From an uncultured Spirochaetota bacterium (GTDB taxonomy: Bacteria > Spirochaetota > Spirochaetia > SZUA-6 > Fen-1364): 64,000 nt of DNA. Below the pieces are notes generated by a model. It searched no databases. It saw nothing but the letters and a program-made list of their open reading frames with translations, and was not told the origin of the DNA. The stretch covers positions 298,404 through 362,403 of the forward strand of contig CAVUXE010000053.1 of the NCBI GenBank assembly GCA_963745235.1, given 5' to 3'. Positions 48,609 through 57,978 of this stretch are shown piece after piece; positions within the stretch are counted from its first letter, which is position 1; every line of letters begins with the position of its first letter. Made by a program: the position numbers and the translations under genes.

Positions 48609-49892
48609 ATGAGGTTCAGATCGACGGCTCTTGTGGTTTTGTTCGTCCTTGCAGGCCTGTGCCTTGCGTGGTCCGGCGGGAAGCAGGAGGGTGCCGGAGG
48701 CAGCACGGGAAACAAGGTCTCCATCACGTGGGACTTGTGGTGGATTCCAGAGTGGGGCCAGGCCAACGTGGACTGGATCATCTCCAATTTCGAGAAGATG
48801 CATCCAGACATCACGGTGTCCACGATTTCTTCCCCGTATGACCCCTACCGGGACAAGCTGCAGACCCTGATGCAGTCAGGGAGCACTCCGGACGTGTTCG
48901 GCACCGAATCACAGTGGATCCCCGCCCTGTCGAAGCTCGGCACTGTCAAGGACCTCGGTCCCATCCTGGACTCGGACCCCAGCTTCAAGTCGGAGATACC
49001 CGCCTCCGCCATCATCCACTACGCAGGCGTAGTCCGCATGATCTACTACTACGAGATGGGATACCACTTCGCCTACAATGTCGACCTGGCGCAGAAAATC
49101 GGAGCGCCGCTTCCGGACTCCTGGCAGGGGCTGAAGGACTGGCTGGCCGCCGTCAAGTCCAGCGGCGTGGCGCAGTACGGCCTGGCGCTTCAATTCAATC
49201 CCAAGGACGCCGACCACGTCATGGGCAGGCTCGTGTTCACCCCGCTTCGGCAGCTCGGCGGAAAGCTTCTCAACGATGACGGCTCGGCGGCGTTCAATTC
49301 CGATCTCGGCGTCCAAGTCTTGGAGTACTGGAAGAGCCTTATCGACGCCGGCCTGGTCTTTCCGGATCCGGTGGCCACCACTGAAAACACCATGTACGAC
49401 ATGATGGCCAGCAGCACGCTGCCGATGCAGCTCAACGGGCCGTGGGTCGCATCCACCGTCCACCAGAGCAACCCGAGCGTGAAGGTTGCCTACCTGCCGC
49501 CGTTCAAGGAGGAGGTTGCCAACGGCACCTTCCTTGCAGGAAGCGGGCTCGGTCTTTCCAACAACAGCAAGCAGCCAGCGGCGGCCCTGGAGTTCTTCAA
49601 ATACCTTTGGAGCGAACCGGTCACCTCCAAGCTCATTGCCTCGGTTCACCTGCCTTTCACCAACGTGAAGGCCCTGGCCGGCCCGGATGTTGCGAAGGAC
49701 CCGATTCTCGGACCCGAGGTGCAGATGCTCTCCAATCCCAACTCGGTGTCGATCAACCCCTTCCCCAACATGGAGCAGGCGCAGGAAGCTCTGGCGAACG
49801 AGGTTGCCAACTATATCCTGGGGAAGAAGTCCGCAAAGCAGGCGCTGGATGATGCGGCAGCAACCTGGGACAAGTTGAGAACGCAGGAGTGA
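48609..49892 (+). CDS. Carbohydrate ABC (CUT1) substrate-binding protein
   Basis: Signal peptide ending WSGGKQE (spirochaete style), FEKMHPDITV, PDV, GPW. Confidence 0.9.
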   Translation: MRFRSTALVVLFVLAGLCLAWSGGKQEGAGGSTGNKVSITWDLWWIPEWGQANVDWIISNFEKMHPDITVSTISSPYDPYRDKLQTLMQSGSTPDVFGTESQWIPALSKLGTVKDLGPILDSDPSFKSEIPASAIIHYAGVVRMIYYYEMGYHFAYNVDLAQKIGAPLPDSWQGLKDWLAAVKSSGVAQYGLALQFNPKDADHVMGRLVFTPLRQLGGKLLNDDGSAAFNSDLGVQVLEYWKSLIDAGLVFPDPVATTENTMYDMMASSTLPMQLNGPWVASTVHQSNPSVKVAYLPPFKEEVANGTFLAGSGLGLSNNSKQPAAALEFFKYLWSEPVTSKLIASVHLPFTNVKALAGPDVAKDPILGPEVQMLSNPNSVSINPFPNMEQAQEALANEVANYILGKKSAKQALDDAAATWDKLRTQE

Positions 49893-49920
49893 GGCAGGGG
49901 CCCCCGGCCCCGGTCCCCGG

Positions 49921-49957
49921 GAGGGAAACGCTCGCGCGTGGACGTTTCCCTCTCTTT
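49921..49957 (+). other. Stem-loop after the SBP gene
   Basis: GAGGGAAACG/CGTTTCCCTC 10-bp stem followed by TCTTT. Confidence 0.6.
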
Positions 49958-49977
49958 GTGATGGTGAAAGGCGGCAT

Positions 49978-50886
49978 GTGAGGACACGTTCGAGGCGGGC
50001 GAGGGCCGGGCGCGATCTCCGCGGAGCGTGGTTTGTCCTGCCGTCGGTGATCTTCCTGGCGTGCGTGGTGCTGTACCCCCTGGCGCAGATTTTTCCGTGG
50101 AGCCTCGATACGTGGTCCGAGCAGTCGCACTCGTTTGTCTATGTCGGGCTGCGCGAGTTCCAGCGGCTCTTTGCCCAGGCCGAGTTCTGGCACTCCATCA
50201 GGATCACTTTCCAGTTCACCGTCCTGGTTGTTGCAGGGCATCTCGTCATTGCCTGGGTGCTCGCGGAGGTGTTGAACTCCCGGCTGTGGCCAACCAACAT
50301 GCTTCGCAACCTGGTGCGGTCCGTGCTCCTCCTTCCGTGGATTTTCTCCGTGTCCGCCGCTGCCCTGATCTGGGGGGCGCTCTATCATCCCATCGGCTTC
50401 ACCTCGTGGTACACGAGCCACCTTCTGGGCGTGACGAGCGTCGGCTTTCTGAGCAACACGAGCCTTGTCCTCTTTTCCGTTGTCTTCGTGATCCTGTGGA
50501 AGTTCTATCCCTTGTACATGCTCATGATCCTGGGCGGCCTGGAGTCTCTTCCCCAGGAAGTATTCGAGGCCGCGCGGGTGGATGGGGTGAGCGGGCGACA
50601 GTCCTTCATCCACATCACGCTCCCGCTCATGCGCGGGCTCACCGGTACGGTGATCCTGGTGGATTTCATCACGACCTTCATCCATTTCGATCTTGTGTGG
50701 ATCATGACCAAGGGCGGTCCCGTGGACGCCACCTATCTTGCAAGTTTCTTCCTCTACGAGCGGGGTCTCCAGACGGCCAGCTTCGGATACGCGTCGGCGA
50801 TCGGAGTCTTCATTGCGCTGGTGATCGGCGTTCTCATGTACCTCTATATCCTCTTCTTCTACGGGCGAGAGGCGGAGGGGCAGTGA
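49978..50886 (+). CDS. Carbohydrate ABC permease
   Basis: EAARVDGV, TKGGP, FGYASA. Confidence 0.9.
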   Translation: MRTRSRRARAGRDLRGAWFVLPSVIFLACVVLYPLAQIFPWSLDTWSEQSHSFVYVGLREFQRLFAQAEFWHSIRITFQFTVLVVAGHLVIAWVLAEVLNSRLWPTNMLRNLVRSVLLLPWIFSVSAAALIWGALYHPIGFTSWYTSHLLGVTSVGFLSNTSLVLFSVVFVILWKFYPLYMLMILGGLESLPQEVFEAARVDGVSGRQSFIHITLPLMRGLTGTVILVDFITTFIHFDLVWIMTKGGPVDATYLASFFLYERGLQTASFGYASAIGVFIALVIGVLMYLYILFFYGREAEGQ

Positions 50887-51716
50887 TGCGCGCAGGGAGA
50901 TCCGCCCGAGGGCCGCTTTTCGGCCTTCTGGTCGTTGTGATCCTCGTTCTTTCCGTCTTCCCGGTTCTCTACGCTTTTTTCACCGCGCTGACCCCGGCAC
51001 GGGAGCTTTTCGTCCTGCCGCCGAAGATCCTGCCCCGGCACTGGACCCTGGATCCTTACGGCGCGGTCTTCCAGCACCGCGAATACCTGCGGTATTTCCT
51101 GAACTCCCTGGTGATTGCCGGCGGAACGACAGCCCTTTGCCTGATCCTTGCCAGCCTTGCCGGGTACGGCTTTTCGCGATTCTGGATTCCCGCCAAGCGC
51201 GTTGTCCTGGCGGCCATCCTCCTTCTGGAGATGTTCCCCGGAGTGATCCTCCTTACCCCGTACTACCGCCTGTCGCAGGACCTGCACATCTATGACACCT
51301 ACATCGTCCTGGTCCTCATTGACAGCGGGCTCGTTCTTCCCATCTCCATCTGGCTGCTCAAGAACTTCTTCGACACGGTGCCCGCGTCCATGGAAGAATC
51401 CGCCATGATGGACGGCTCGAGCAGGCTCCAGGCGCTGGTGTACGTGATAGCGCCCCTTGCTCGGCCCGGGCTGATTGCCGTGGCCATCATGGCGTTCCTC
51501 ACCGCGTGGAACGAGTTCATGTTCGCGCTGATCCTCACCAACAGCCCGACGGTCAGCCCGCTCACCTACGGCCTGGCGGAGCTCTTCGGCCAGTACAACG
51601 TGCAGCGGAACATCGTCATGGCCATCACCATGCTTTCAGTTTTTCCGCTGCTTCTGATCTTCATCTTCCTCCAACGACACCTCGTACGCGGGATCATGGG
51701 AGGAAGCGGCAAGTGA
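50886..51716 (+). CDS. Carbohydrate ABC permease
   Basis: FLNSL, ESAMMDGS, WNEF. Confidence 0.9.
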   Translation: MRAGRSARGPLFGLLVVVILVLSVFPVLYAFFTALTPARELFVLPPKILPRHWTLDPYGAVFQHREYLRYFLNSLVIAGGTTALCLILASLAGYGFSRFWIPAKRVVLAAILLLEMFPGVILLTPYYRLSQDLHIYDTYIVLVLIDSGLVLPISIWLLKNFFDTVPASMEESAMMDGSSRLQALVYVIAPLARPGLIAVAIMAFLTAWNEFMFALILTNSPTVSPLTYGLAELFGQYNVQRNIVMAITMLSVFPLLLIFIFLQRHLVRGIMGGSGK

Positions 51717-51735
51717 TCTCCAAAGGGGGAAGCCT

Positions 51736-52598
51736 GTGGACACCGCACTGACGGTCAATTCCCTGCTCGGGCACCCGGGGGATGCCCGGCTCCTGATCCT
51801 CAACGTGGATGATTTCGGCATGTGCCACGCGATGAACGAGGCAGCCCTTCGGATGTTTCGAGAGGGGGTGGCAACGTCGACCACGCTCATGGCGCCCTGT
51901 CCGTGGGCAGTGCAGGCCATGGCCCTTCTCCATGAGAATCCTGACATCCACTTCGGCGTGCACCTCACGGCCATCAGCGAGCAGCCAAGGTACCGCTGGG
52001 GGCCGCTTTCGTCCCACGACACGGTGCCGTCCCTGGTGGACAAGGACGGCTTCTTCCCCTCGGAGGACGTCATCAAGGAGTTCATTGCCCGGGTGAAGCT
52101 GACGGAGCTGGAGAAAGAGTTCCGAAAACAGGTCGAAACCATTCTCGGGGCCGGGCTGCACCCCACGCACCTGGACAGCCACTGCGACGTTCATGTGCGG
52201 CGGGATGACGTCTTCCAGATGGTGAAAGGACTTGCCAGTGAGTATGGCCTTGCCCTGCGGGTGAGCGGCTCTCGATTCTCGGAGCCTCTCATTGGCGAAG
52301 GGTATGCGGTCAACACAAGCGATGTCCTGGACAGTACGAAGGTGAAGCTTTCCGAAAAGCGCGACACCTATCTCCGGCTGCTCCGCGAGCTTCCCGCGGG
52401 GCTGTCCGAATGGGCCCTCCACCCCGGGTGCCGGACGCCGAGCTGGAAGCAGTGACTCCGTCGTGGCAGGCGCGGGCCAAGGACCTCGAGTTTTTCACTT
52501 CGAAGGAAGCTCGAGAGGCAATAAAGAAGGAGGGCATCGTGCTTCTCGGCTACGAGCCCCTTCAGAAGCTGTGGCAGGCCCACGGCGCAAAGCGATAG
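51736..52598 (+). CDS. ChbG/YdjC family carbohydrate deacetylase, frameshift near 52435
   Basis: NVDDFG, GVHL, THLDSH, HPG; the tail continues in ORF 52410..52598. Confidence 0.85.
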
Positions 52599-52641
52599 GG
52601 CGGGCCGAAGCGCGCCACGGCTCCGCAGCGAGGAGGTCAGC

Positions 52642-53841
52642 ATGCCTGGTCCCGGCGCCTACCTGGCGGGAAACGAAGAGCTCGAAGAGGTCCTGGATGT
52701 TCTCAAGAGCGGGTACCTCTCCCGCTACGGGGAAGATTCCAACCCGGCCTTCAAGCAGAAAGTCTACCGTTTCGAAAGGGAGTTCGCCGCGAAGATCGGG
52801 GTTGCCCACGCCGTGGCAGTGAGCTCGGGAACGGGAGCCCTCATGTGCGCCCTGAAAGCCCTGGGGGTCGGTCCGGGGGATGAGGTGCTCGTCCCCGGCT
52901 ATACCTTTATCGCTTCCATTTCCGCCGTCATTGAGGTGGGAGCCACTCCGGTGCTGACGGAGATCGATGAGTCTCTCACCATGGACCCGCAGGACGCTGA
53001 AGGCAGGATTACCGGCAAGACGCGGGCGGTCATCCCGGTCCACATGCTGGGAAACCCGAGCGCCATGGACCGGATCCTCGCGCTCGCGAAGCGCCGCAAA
53101 ATCGCCGTGGTGGAGGATTGCTGCCAGGCCGTCGGGGGAAGATACCAGGGGAAGCGACTGGGCACCTTCGGCGACGCGGGGGCGTTTTCCTTCAACATCT
53201 TCAAGGTCATCAACTCCGGTGACGGTGGCCTCGTGGCGACAGACAACCAGGCCTTGTACGAGAGGGCTTTCGGATACCATGACCAGGGGCACATGCCCCT
53301 TCGAAAGGGCGTGGAGATCGGCAAGCGCAGCCTGATCGGCGTGAACATGCGCATGAACGAGCTGACCGGCGCTTTTCTCCTCGGGCAGCTTCGCAAGCTG
53401 GACGGGATCCTCGAGAAGCTGCGCGTGAGCAAGGAGGCTTTCAAATCCAGGATCAGGTCCGCCGGGATTGACGGGCTTTCTTTCCGCACGATCAACGACA
53501 GTGGAGAATGCTGCACGCTCCTCGTGGTGCAATTCTCCTCCGCGGCGGCCGCGCGGGCGGTTGCGAAGAAGCTTGGGACAAAGACCATGGAGAACAGCGG
53601 CTGGCACGTCTACAACAACATGGAGCAGATCCTTTCCTGGAAGGACGCCGCCGGGCGAACCCCCATGCGGCGAAACATGCTTCCCCGAACGGACGACATC
53701 CTGTCCCGCAGCATCAACCTGAGCGTCGGAGTTGTGGACTCGGGAATCGGTGCCGATTTCGGGATCACCATCCTCTCGGATGAGAACGCCATAGACCAGG
53801 CGGCAGAGAAGTTCGTGGAGGCCGCCCGATCCGCTCACTGA
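52642..53841 (+). CDS. DegT/DnrJ/EryC1/StrS PLP aminotransferase
   Basis: SSGTGAL, GPGDEV, EDCCQA, SFNIFKVINSGDGG (PLP Lys). Confidence 0.93.
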   Translation: MPGPGAYLAGNEELEEVLDVLKSGYLSRYGEDSNPAFKQKVYRFEREFAAKIGVAHAVAVSSGTGALMCALKALGVGPGDEVLVPGYTFIASISAVIEVGATPVLTEIDESLTMDPQDAEGRITGKTRAVIPVHMLGNPSAMDRILALAKRRKIAVVEDCCQAVGGRYQGKRLGTFGDAGAFSFNIFKVINSGDGGLVATDNQALYERAFGYHDQGHMPLRKGVEIGKRSLIGVNMRMNELTGAFLLGQLRKLDGILEKLRVSKEAFKSRIRSAGIDGLSFRTINDSGECCTLLVVQFSSAAAARAVAKKLGTKTMENSGWHVYNNMEQILSWKDAAGRTPMRRNMLPRTDDILSRSINLSVGVVDSGIGADFGITILSDENAIDQAAEKFVEAARSAH

Positions 53842-53869
53842 AGGCGGCCGGCGGCGTCGAGGTTGGCGC

Positions 53870-54181
53870 GTGAGCGAGGTTGAGGTCCACGTGTTCAGTC
53901 TGAAAGTCGGCAACGCGCATGGGCTCTGGCAGTACAAGCTCAGCGGCTCGCACGACAGGGTGATGCTGCATAGCCTCCGGCATATCCTCGGCAAGACTTG
54001 CCAATTGCTCGGGCTCGACTTCCCCGGATCGATCAGTTGTTTTTCTTTTCTCCTTCTCCGCCGAACCTTCACAGCGCAGGGACTTTTTCCGCTCTTCGTC
54101 AACACGCGCTACCTTCGCGCGTGGCAGGAGAAGATCTACTTCAAGCTCGAAAGATCAATACCTGGGGGAATCGTCAACTGA
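53870..54181 (+). CDS. Orphan hypothetical protein or remnant
   Basis: GTG with GAGGT upstream; fills the gap; no recognisable motif. Confidence 0.35.
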   Translation: MSEVEVHVFSLKVGNAHGLWQYKLSGSHDRVMLHSLRHILGKTCQLLGLDFPGSISCFSFLLLRRTFTAQGLFPLFVNTRYLRAWQEKIYFKLERSIPGGIVN

Positions 54182-54199
54182 GGATATACACGTCTACAC

Positions 54200-54228
54200 T
54201 TGACATGCAGAGTATCGCCCTCTACCCT
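54200..54228 (+). promoter_or_regulatory. Sigma70 promoter of the TA cluster
   Basis: TTGACA-N17-TACCCT, 19 nt before ATG 54248. Confidence 0.6.
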
Positions 54229-54247
54229 TATCACAGGGGGGAGAGCG

Positions 54248-54520
54248 ATGCGGACAGTCAACGCTCTGGAAATTCGAAACAGGCTCGGGGCGCTCCTGGA
54301 TGACCTGGAACGTAGCGGAGAGCCCATCATCGTGAGCAAGGGACGACGGCCTCGCGCGGTCCTCATCAGCGTGGAGGATTTCCAGAAGCGATTTGTGGAT
54401 CGCCAGACGGAAGAGCGGCGCAGGGCGCTCCTGGACCGAGTGAAGGCTGCGCGGGCCCCTGCAGTCGGCGGCCAGGACAGCATCACCGTCCTTCGCCGTC
54501 TGAGAGGCGAGCTAGGATGA
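54248..54520 (+). CDS. Phd/YefM antitoxin
   Basis: MRTVNALEIRNRLGALLD...EPIIVSKGRRPRAVLISVEDF. Confidence 0.9.
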   Translation: MRTVNALEIRNRLGALLDDLERSGEPIIVSKGRRPRAVLISVEDFQKRFVDRQTEERRRALLDRVKAARAPAVGGQDSITVLRRLRGELG

Positions 54521-54942
54521 AGTTCGTCATCGACGCATCAGTGGCGGCGCGGTGGTTCATCGTTGAAGAGTCGAATGAAAATGCGGAGGAGGTCCTGCAG
54601 CGGGTTCTCAGCCAGCCGGAATTGTTCGCCGTCCCCGAGTTGTTCTTCTTCGAGGTGCTGGCAGTCCTCGGCAGGACGCACCCGCGTCCCCGTGAAACCT
54701 ACCAGGAAGCATTCCTTCCCGTAGTGGAGGGCGGGGTTTTCCGCCATCCTATGACCGCAGCACTCGCGGAGCATTCGCACCATTTCATGGCCAGGGGACT
54801 CACTGGCTACGATGCATGCTATGCAGGGCTGGCCGCGGAGCTTGGGGCACGGTGGATTACCTTTGACAGCCGCGCGCACGAGCTGATTGCATCTGAGAAG
54901 GTCTCCATCGATCTTGGAGCAGGTTTGCCGTCCGACTGGTGA
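54517..54942 (+). CDS. vapC: PIN-domain VapC toxin
   Basis: FVIDASV, FEV, TGYDACY, ITFD acidic quartet; ATGA overlap with the antitoxin. Confidence 0.9.
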   Translation: MKFVIDASVAARWFIVEESNENAEEVLQRVLSQPELFAVPELFFFEVLAVLGRTHPRPRETYQEAFLPVVEGGVFRHPMTAALAEHSHHFMARGLTGYDACYAGLAAELGARWITFDSRAHELIASEKVSIDLGAGLPSDW

Positions 54943-54998
54943 GCAAGGCGGATACGCGCTCATGGACAGGTGGCTTCCCCACGGGTAGATTCGAGGGG

Positions 54999-55331
54999 AT
55001 GGCAAAGGCATCGGCTCTCGACCAGCGGTGGCTCCGGGACGTGGTGCAAACGATCGTTCGGCGCTACAAGCCGGTTCGCATTGTGCTGTTCGGCTCATAT
55101 GCCCGCGGAGACTACAACGCCGCAAGCGACCTGGACCTTTTCCTTGTCGTGCCGGAAGCCGCGGACTGGTTCGAGCGCGGGCTGGAGTTCAAGCGGCTGA
55201 TCCAAGAGGAGCGGCTTTCCATTGAAGCGCACATCTACACCGCCCAGGAGTACGCTCGAATGAAGTCGGCAGACAATCCCCTTGTTCAGCAGATAGAGGC
55301 CGAGGGGAAGGTCCTGTACGAACGACAATGA
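54999..55331 (+). CDS. Minimal nucleotidyltransferase (MNT)
   Basis: VLFGSYARG...SDLDL; ends EGKVLYE. Confidence 0.9.
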   Translation: MAKASALDQRWLRDVVQTIVRRYKPVRIVLFGSYARGDYNAASDLDLFLVVPEAADWFERGLEFKRLIQEERLSIEAHIYTAQEYARMKSADNPLVQQIEAEGKVLYERQ

Positions 55332-55731
55332 ACGCGAAGCGTTCCGCTGGTACCGCCAGGGAAGCGGGACGGAGAAACCGCGGCCAGGAATGCCGCCTCA
55401 GGGGATCATGAAGTGGCCTGCTTCCTCTACCAGCAGGGCGCGGAGAGGCTCCTGAAGGCAGTGCTGTATCTCAAGGGGGAGCGCCCTGTGGTGGGTCATG
55501 CCTCAACGCATCTCGCGGCCCGCTGCGCGGAGTATGAATCCGGGTTCGAGGACCTGCTCGATGCGTGCCCGGGAGCTCGACGTCTTCTACATTCCAACCC
55601 GATATCCGAACGGAGTGCCGGATGGAGCCCCGTACGAGTTTTTCGGACTGCGACACTCGGAGCGCGGCGCCTCCGCATACTCCAAGGTCTTGGAGAAAAT
55701 CGCGCCCTTCTTCGCGCACCTTGGGAAATGA
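55318..55731 (+). pseudogene. HEPN-domain protein with two apparent frameshifts and no ATG in frame (may be intact in vivo)
   Basis: Reconstructed from three frames: EAFRWYRQ / ACFLYQQGAERLLKAVLY..RPVVGH / ELDVFYIPTRYPN; breaks near 55362 and 55570. Confidence 0.8.
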
Positions 55732-55751
55732 TTCTGGACTGAAACGCTCTG

Positions 55752-55781
55752 AAAAAAACCTCCGCCGTGTGCGGCGGAGGT
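55752..55781 (-). terminator. Rho-independent terminator of the sugar ABC operon
   Basis: ACCTCCGCCG-N4-CGGCGGAGGT stem with an A tract (T tract on the minus strand). Confidence 0.8.
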
Positions 55782-55802
55782 CCCTGTTTGAGACGAGCTC
55801 TT

Positions 55803-56780
55803 TCAGCGGATTCCCTGTTCGATAAGGGGCTTGATCGTCGCGACGTTCTGCGGGGTCACGGTGCCGACGCCCGTGTCGACGTGCAGGCCGGGGATCAGGT
55901 AGCGCTTGGTCCAGACGATCTGCATGACGGGCAGGTAGCCCTGCAGGTAGAGCACCTGGTCGAAGCTGGCGCTGATCCAGCCGCCCTGGATGGCGCTGAC
56001 CGTCGCGGGCGAGAGGTCGATGCCGCCGCAGATGATGTCGCCGGGCTTCTTCCCTGCCGCCTGGAGGACCTTCGGCAGGATCGCGGTGACGCTGCCGTGC
56101 TGGGTGCCGATGGCCTTGAGATCGGGATGGGCCTGGAGGTACGCGGTGAGGATGGGGATGGCCAGGGACGTGTCGCTGTCCACCGCCGCGGAGACGTCCA
56201 GCTTGTCGACCTTGAGCCCCGCCTTGGCCAGCGCGTCGTAGACGCCCTGGCTGCTCCTGCTCCGGCCTTCCTGGTGCCAGATGTCGTAGACGAGCGCCTT
56301 GTCACCGGCCTTCAGCCCTGCCTTGACCATGGCCTGGCCCGTCAGGAAGCCGCCCTGGTAGAGGTCGGCGCCGGCATATCCGAAGCCCTTGGTCTGGTAC
56401 TTGGCCTCGATGTTCGGCAGCGGGTTGTTGCCGCTGGTGACGATGATGCCCTGGGCCTCGGCCTGATCGACGAGCGCCGCGAAGGCCGCCTCGCCGGGAT
56501 GGCCCATGATCTCGATGCCGTCAGGGTTGGCCGCCATGGCCTGCTTGAACTGGTCGATCATCGTCTGCTGGTCCCACTTGGAGTACTGCTCGATCAGCTT
56601 GACGTTGTTCGCCGCCGCGGCTGCCCGTGCGCCGTTGGTGCGCGCCAGCGTGGCGCCGTCTCCCTGCGTGCCGCCCATCTGCATGTAGATGACGATCTGC
56701 TTGTCCGCGGCCCATGCCTGGGCCGCGAACAGAGCCCCGAAGATAACGAGTGCCAGAACAACCCATTTCAACTTGCGCAC
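55803..56780 (-). CDS. Monosaccharide ABC (CUT2) substrate-binding protein
   Basis: GTG with GGAGGA RBS; signal peptide; NPDGI, GIDLS, DQVLYLQGY. Confidence 0.88.
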   Translation of the reverse strand: MRKLKWVVLALVIFGALFAAQAWAADKQIVIYMQMGGTQGDGATLARTNGARAAAAANNVKLIEQYSKWDQQTMIDQFKQAMAANPDGIEIMGHPGEAAFAALVDQAEAQGIIVTSGNNPLPNIEAKYQTKGFGYAGADLYQGGFLTGQAMVKAGLKAGDKALVYDIWHQEGRSRSSQGVYDALAKAGLKVDKLDVSAAVDSDTSLAIPILTAYLQAHPDLKAIGTQHGSVTAILPKVLQAAGKKPGDIICGGIDLSPATVSAIQGGWISASFDQVLYLQGYLPVMQIVWTKRYLIPGLHVDTGVGTVTPQNVATIKPLIEQGIR

Positions 56781-56916
56781 GGAATCCTCCCTTTGCTGAG
56801 AAGGAATAAGGCCTTGCGCCTTCACGACGCGCGGCCGCTCACGTGAAAACCCGAAATGCGCATTCCCCCTTTCATCCTGGATTGAAAGCCCGCGCGCCAA
56901 CGGCGCGCGATATCCC

Positions 56917-57978
56917 TCACCCGCTGTCATCGCGCTCCGCGGCCCTTTGCCCGAAGGCGCTTGCGCCGGGACGGCCCACTTGCGGGCCGTCCGGGACAGC
57001 ATGGAGACGCCTTCTTCCCCGATGACCACGTTGAGGATCACCGAGGCGGCCATGACGAGCCCTTCCACGAGCTGCACCCAGTAGCCCCCGATGCCCGTGG
57101 CCACGACGCCCGCTTCCAGGGAGCCGATGATGTAGGAGCCGAAGAACGTGCCCACCAGGACGCCCTGGCCTCCCGCAATCGAGGTCCCTCCGATGAACAC
57201 CGCGGCCATGACGGGAAGGAGCATGCCCTGTCCCTGGGTCGGGAAGAAGACGTTGATCTCCATCGTGAGCAGAAGCCCGGCGAAGGCGGCGATCACGCCG
57301 TGCATGGTGAAGAGCCGTATCCGCGTGGCCTCCACGTTGATCCCCATCACCCGGGCGACCTCGGCGTTGTCGCCGATGAACATGATGGCCTCGCCGAACT
57401 TGTGCCGGTTGAGGATGAACCAGAAGAACACCACGAGCCCCAGCGCCCACAGCGCCTGGACGGGGAAGACCCCGAACAGGCGGCCGACGAAGAGCGTGTG
57501 GATGGTCGTGGTCGTGATCGCCTCGATGTCGATCTGCAGCCCTCCCGCGATCAGGATGGTGACCCCGTACCAGAAGAACTGCGCGGCCAGCGTGGCCATG
57601 ATGGAGGGAACCCTGCAGCCGCGCCACCAGGAGGCCGTTGATGTAGCCGACCAGCGCGCCGGAGGCGAGGGCAAGGACGAAGCCGATCCAGGGGCGTATG
57701 GAAGTGTCTTGAAGCACCAGGTGAAGACGAACCCCGACAAGCGCCACGACCGCGGGGAAGCTCAGGTCGATCTCGCCCGCGGTGATGATGAAGGTGAGCC
57801 CGAGGGCCAGGACGAGCATGGGGGGCACGGTCTGGAAGAAGGACATGTAGATGCGGTACCCGGTGAAGACCGCGGCGCGGTGAAAATGAACACCACGTAC
57901 AGGACGGCGAGCACGATCGCCGATCGGCAGGCCCTCCAGCCTGCCGAGGAACGCGAAGCGGGACGTTCCTCGGTTCAT
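56917..57978 (-). CDS. CUT2 ABC permease with multiple apparent frameshifts; 3' end approximate
   Basis: GEIDLSF, IMATLA, IGDNAEVARVMGINV and AAVFIGGTSIAGG spread across frames. Confidence 0.8.
   Translation of the reverse strand: MNRGTSRFAFLGRLEGLPIGDRARRPVRGVHFHRAAVFTGYRIYMSFFQTVPPMLVLALGLTFIITAGEIDLSFPAVVALVGVRLHLVLQDTSIRPWIGFVLALASGALVGYINGLLVARLQGSLHHGHAGRAVLLVRGHHPDRGRAADRHRGDHDHDHPHALRRPPVRGLPRPGAVGAGARGVLLVHPQPAQVRRGHHVHRRQRRGRPGDGDQRGGHADTALHHARRDRRLRRASAHDGDQRLLPDPGTGHAPSRHGRGVHRRDLDCGRPGRPGGHVLRLLHHRLPGSGRRGHGHRGLLGAARGRARHGRLGDPQRGHRGRRRLHAVPDGPQVGRPGASAFGQRAAERDDSG

Noticed and set aside
55803-57740. Apparent permease-SBP fusion (645 aa)
   Set aside because: The SBP has its own RBS, GTG and signal peptide at 56780, and the region is full of indels. 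The read-through is probably artefactual.
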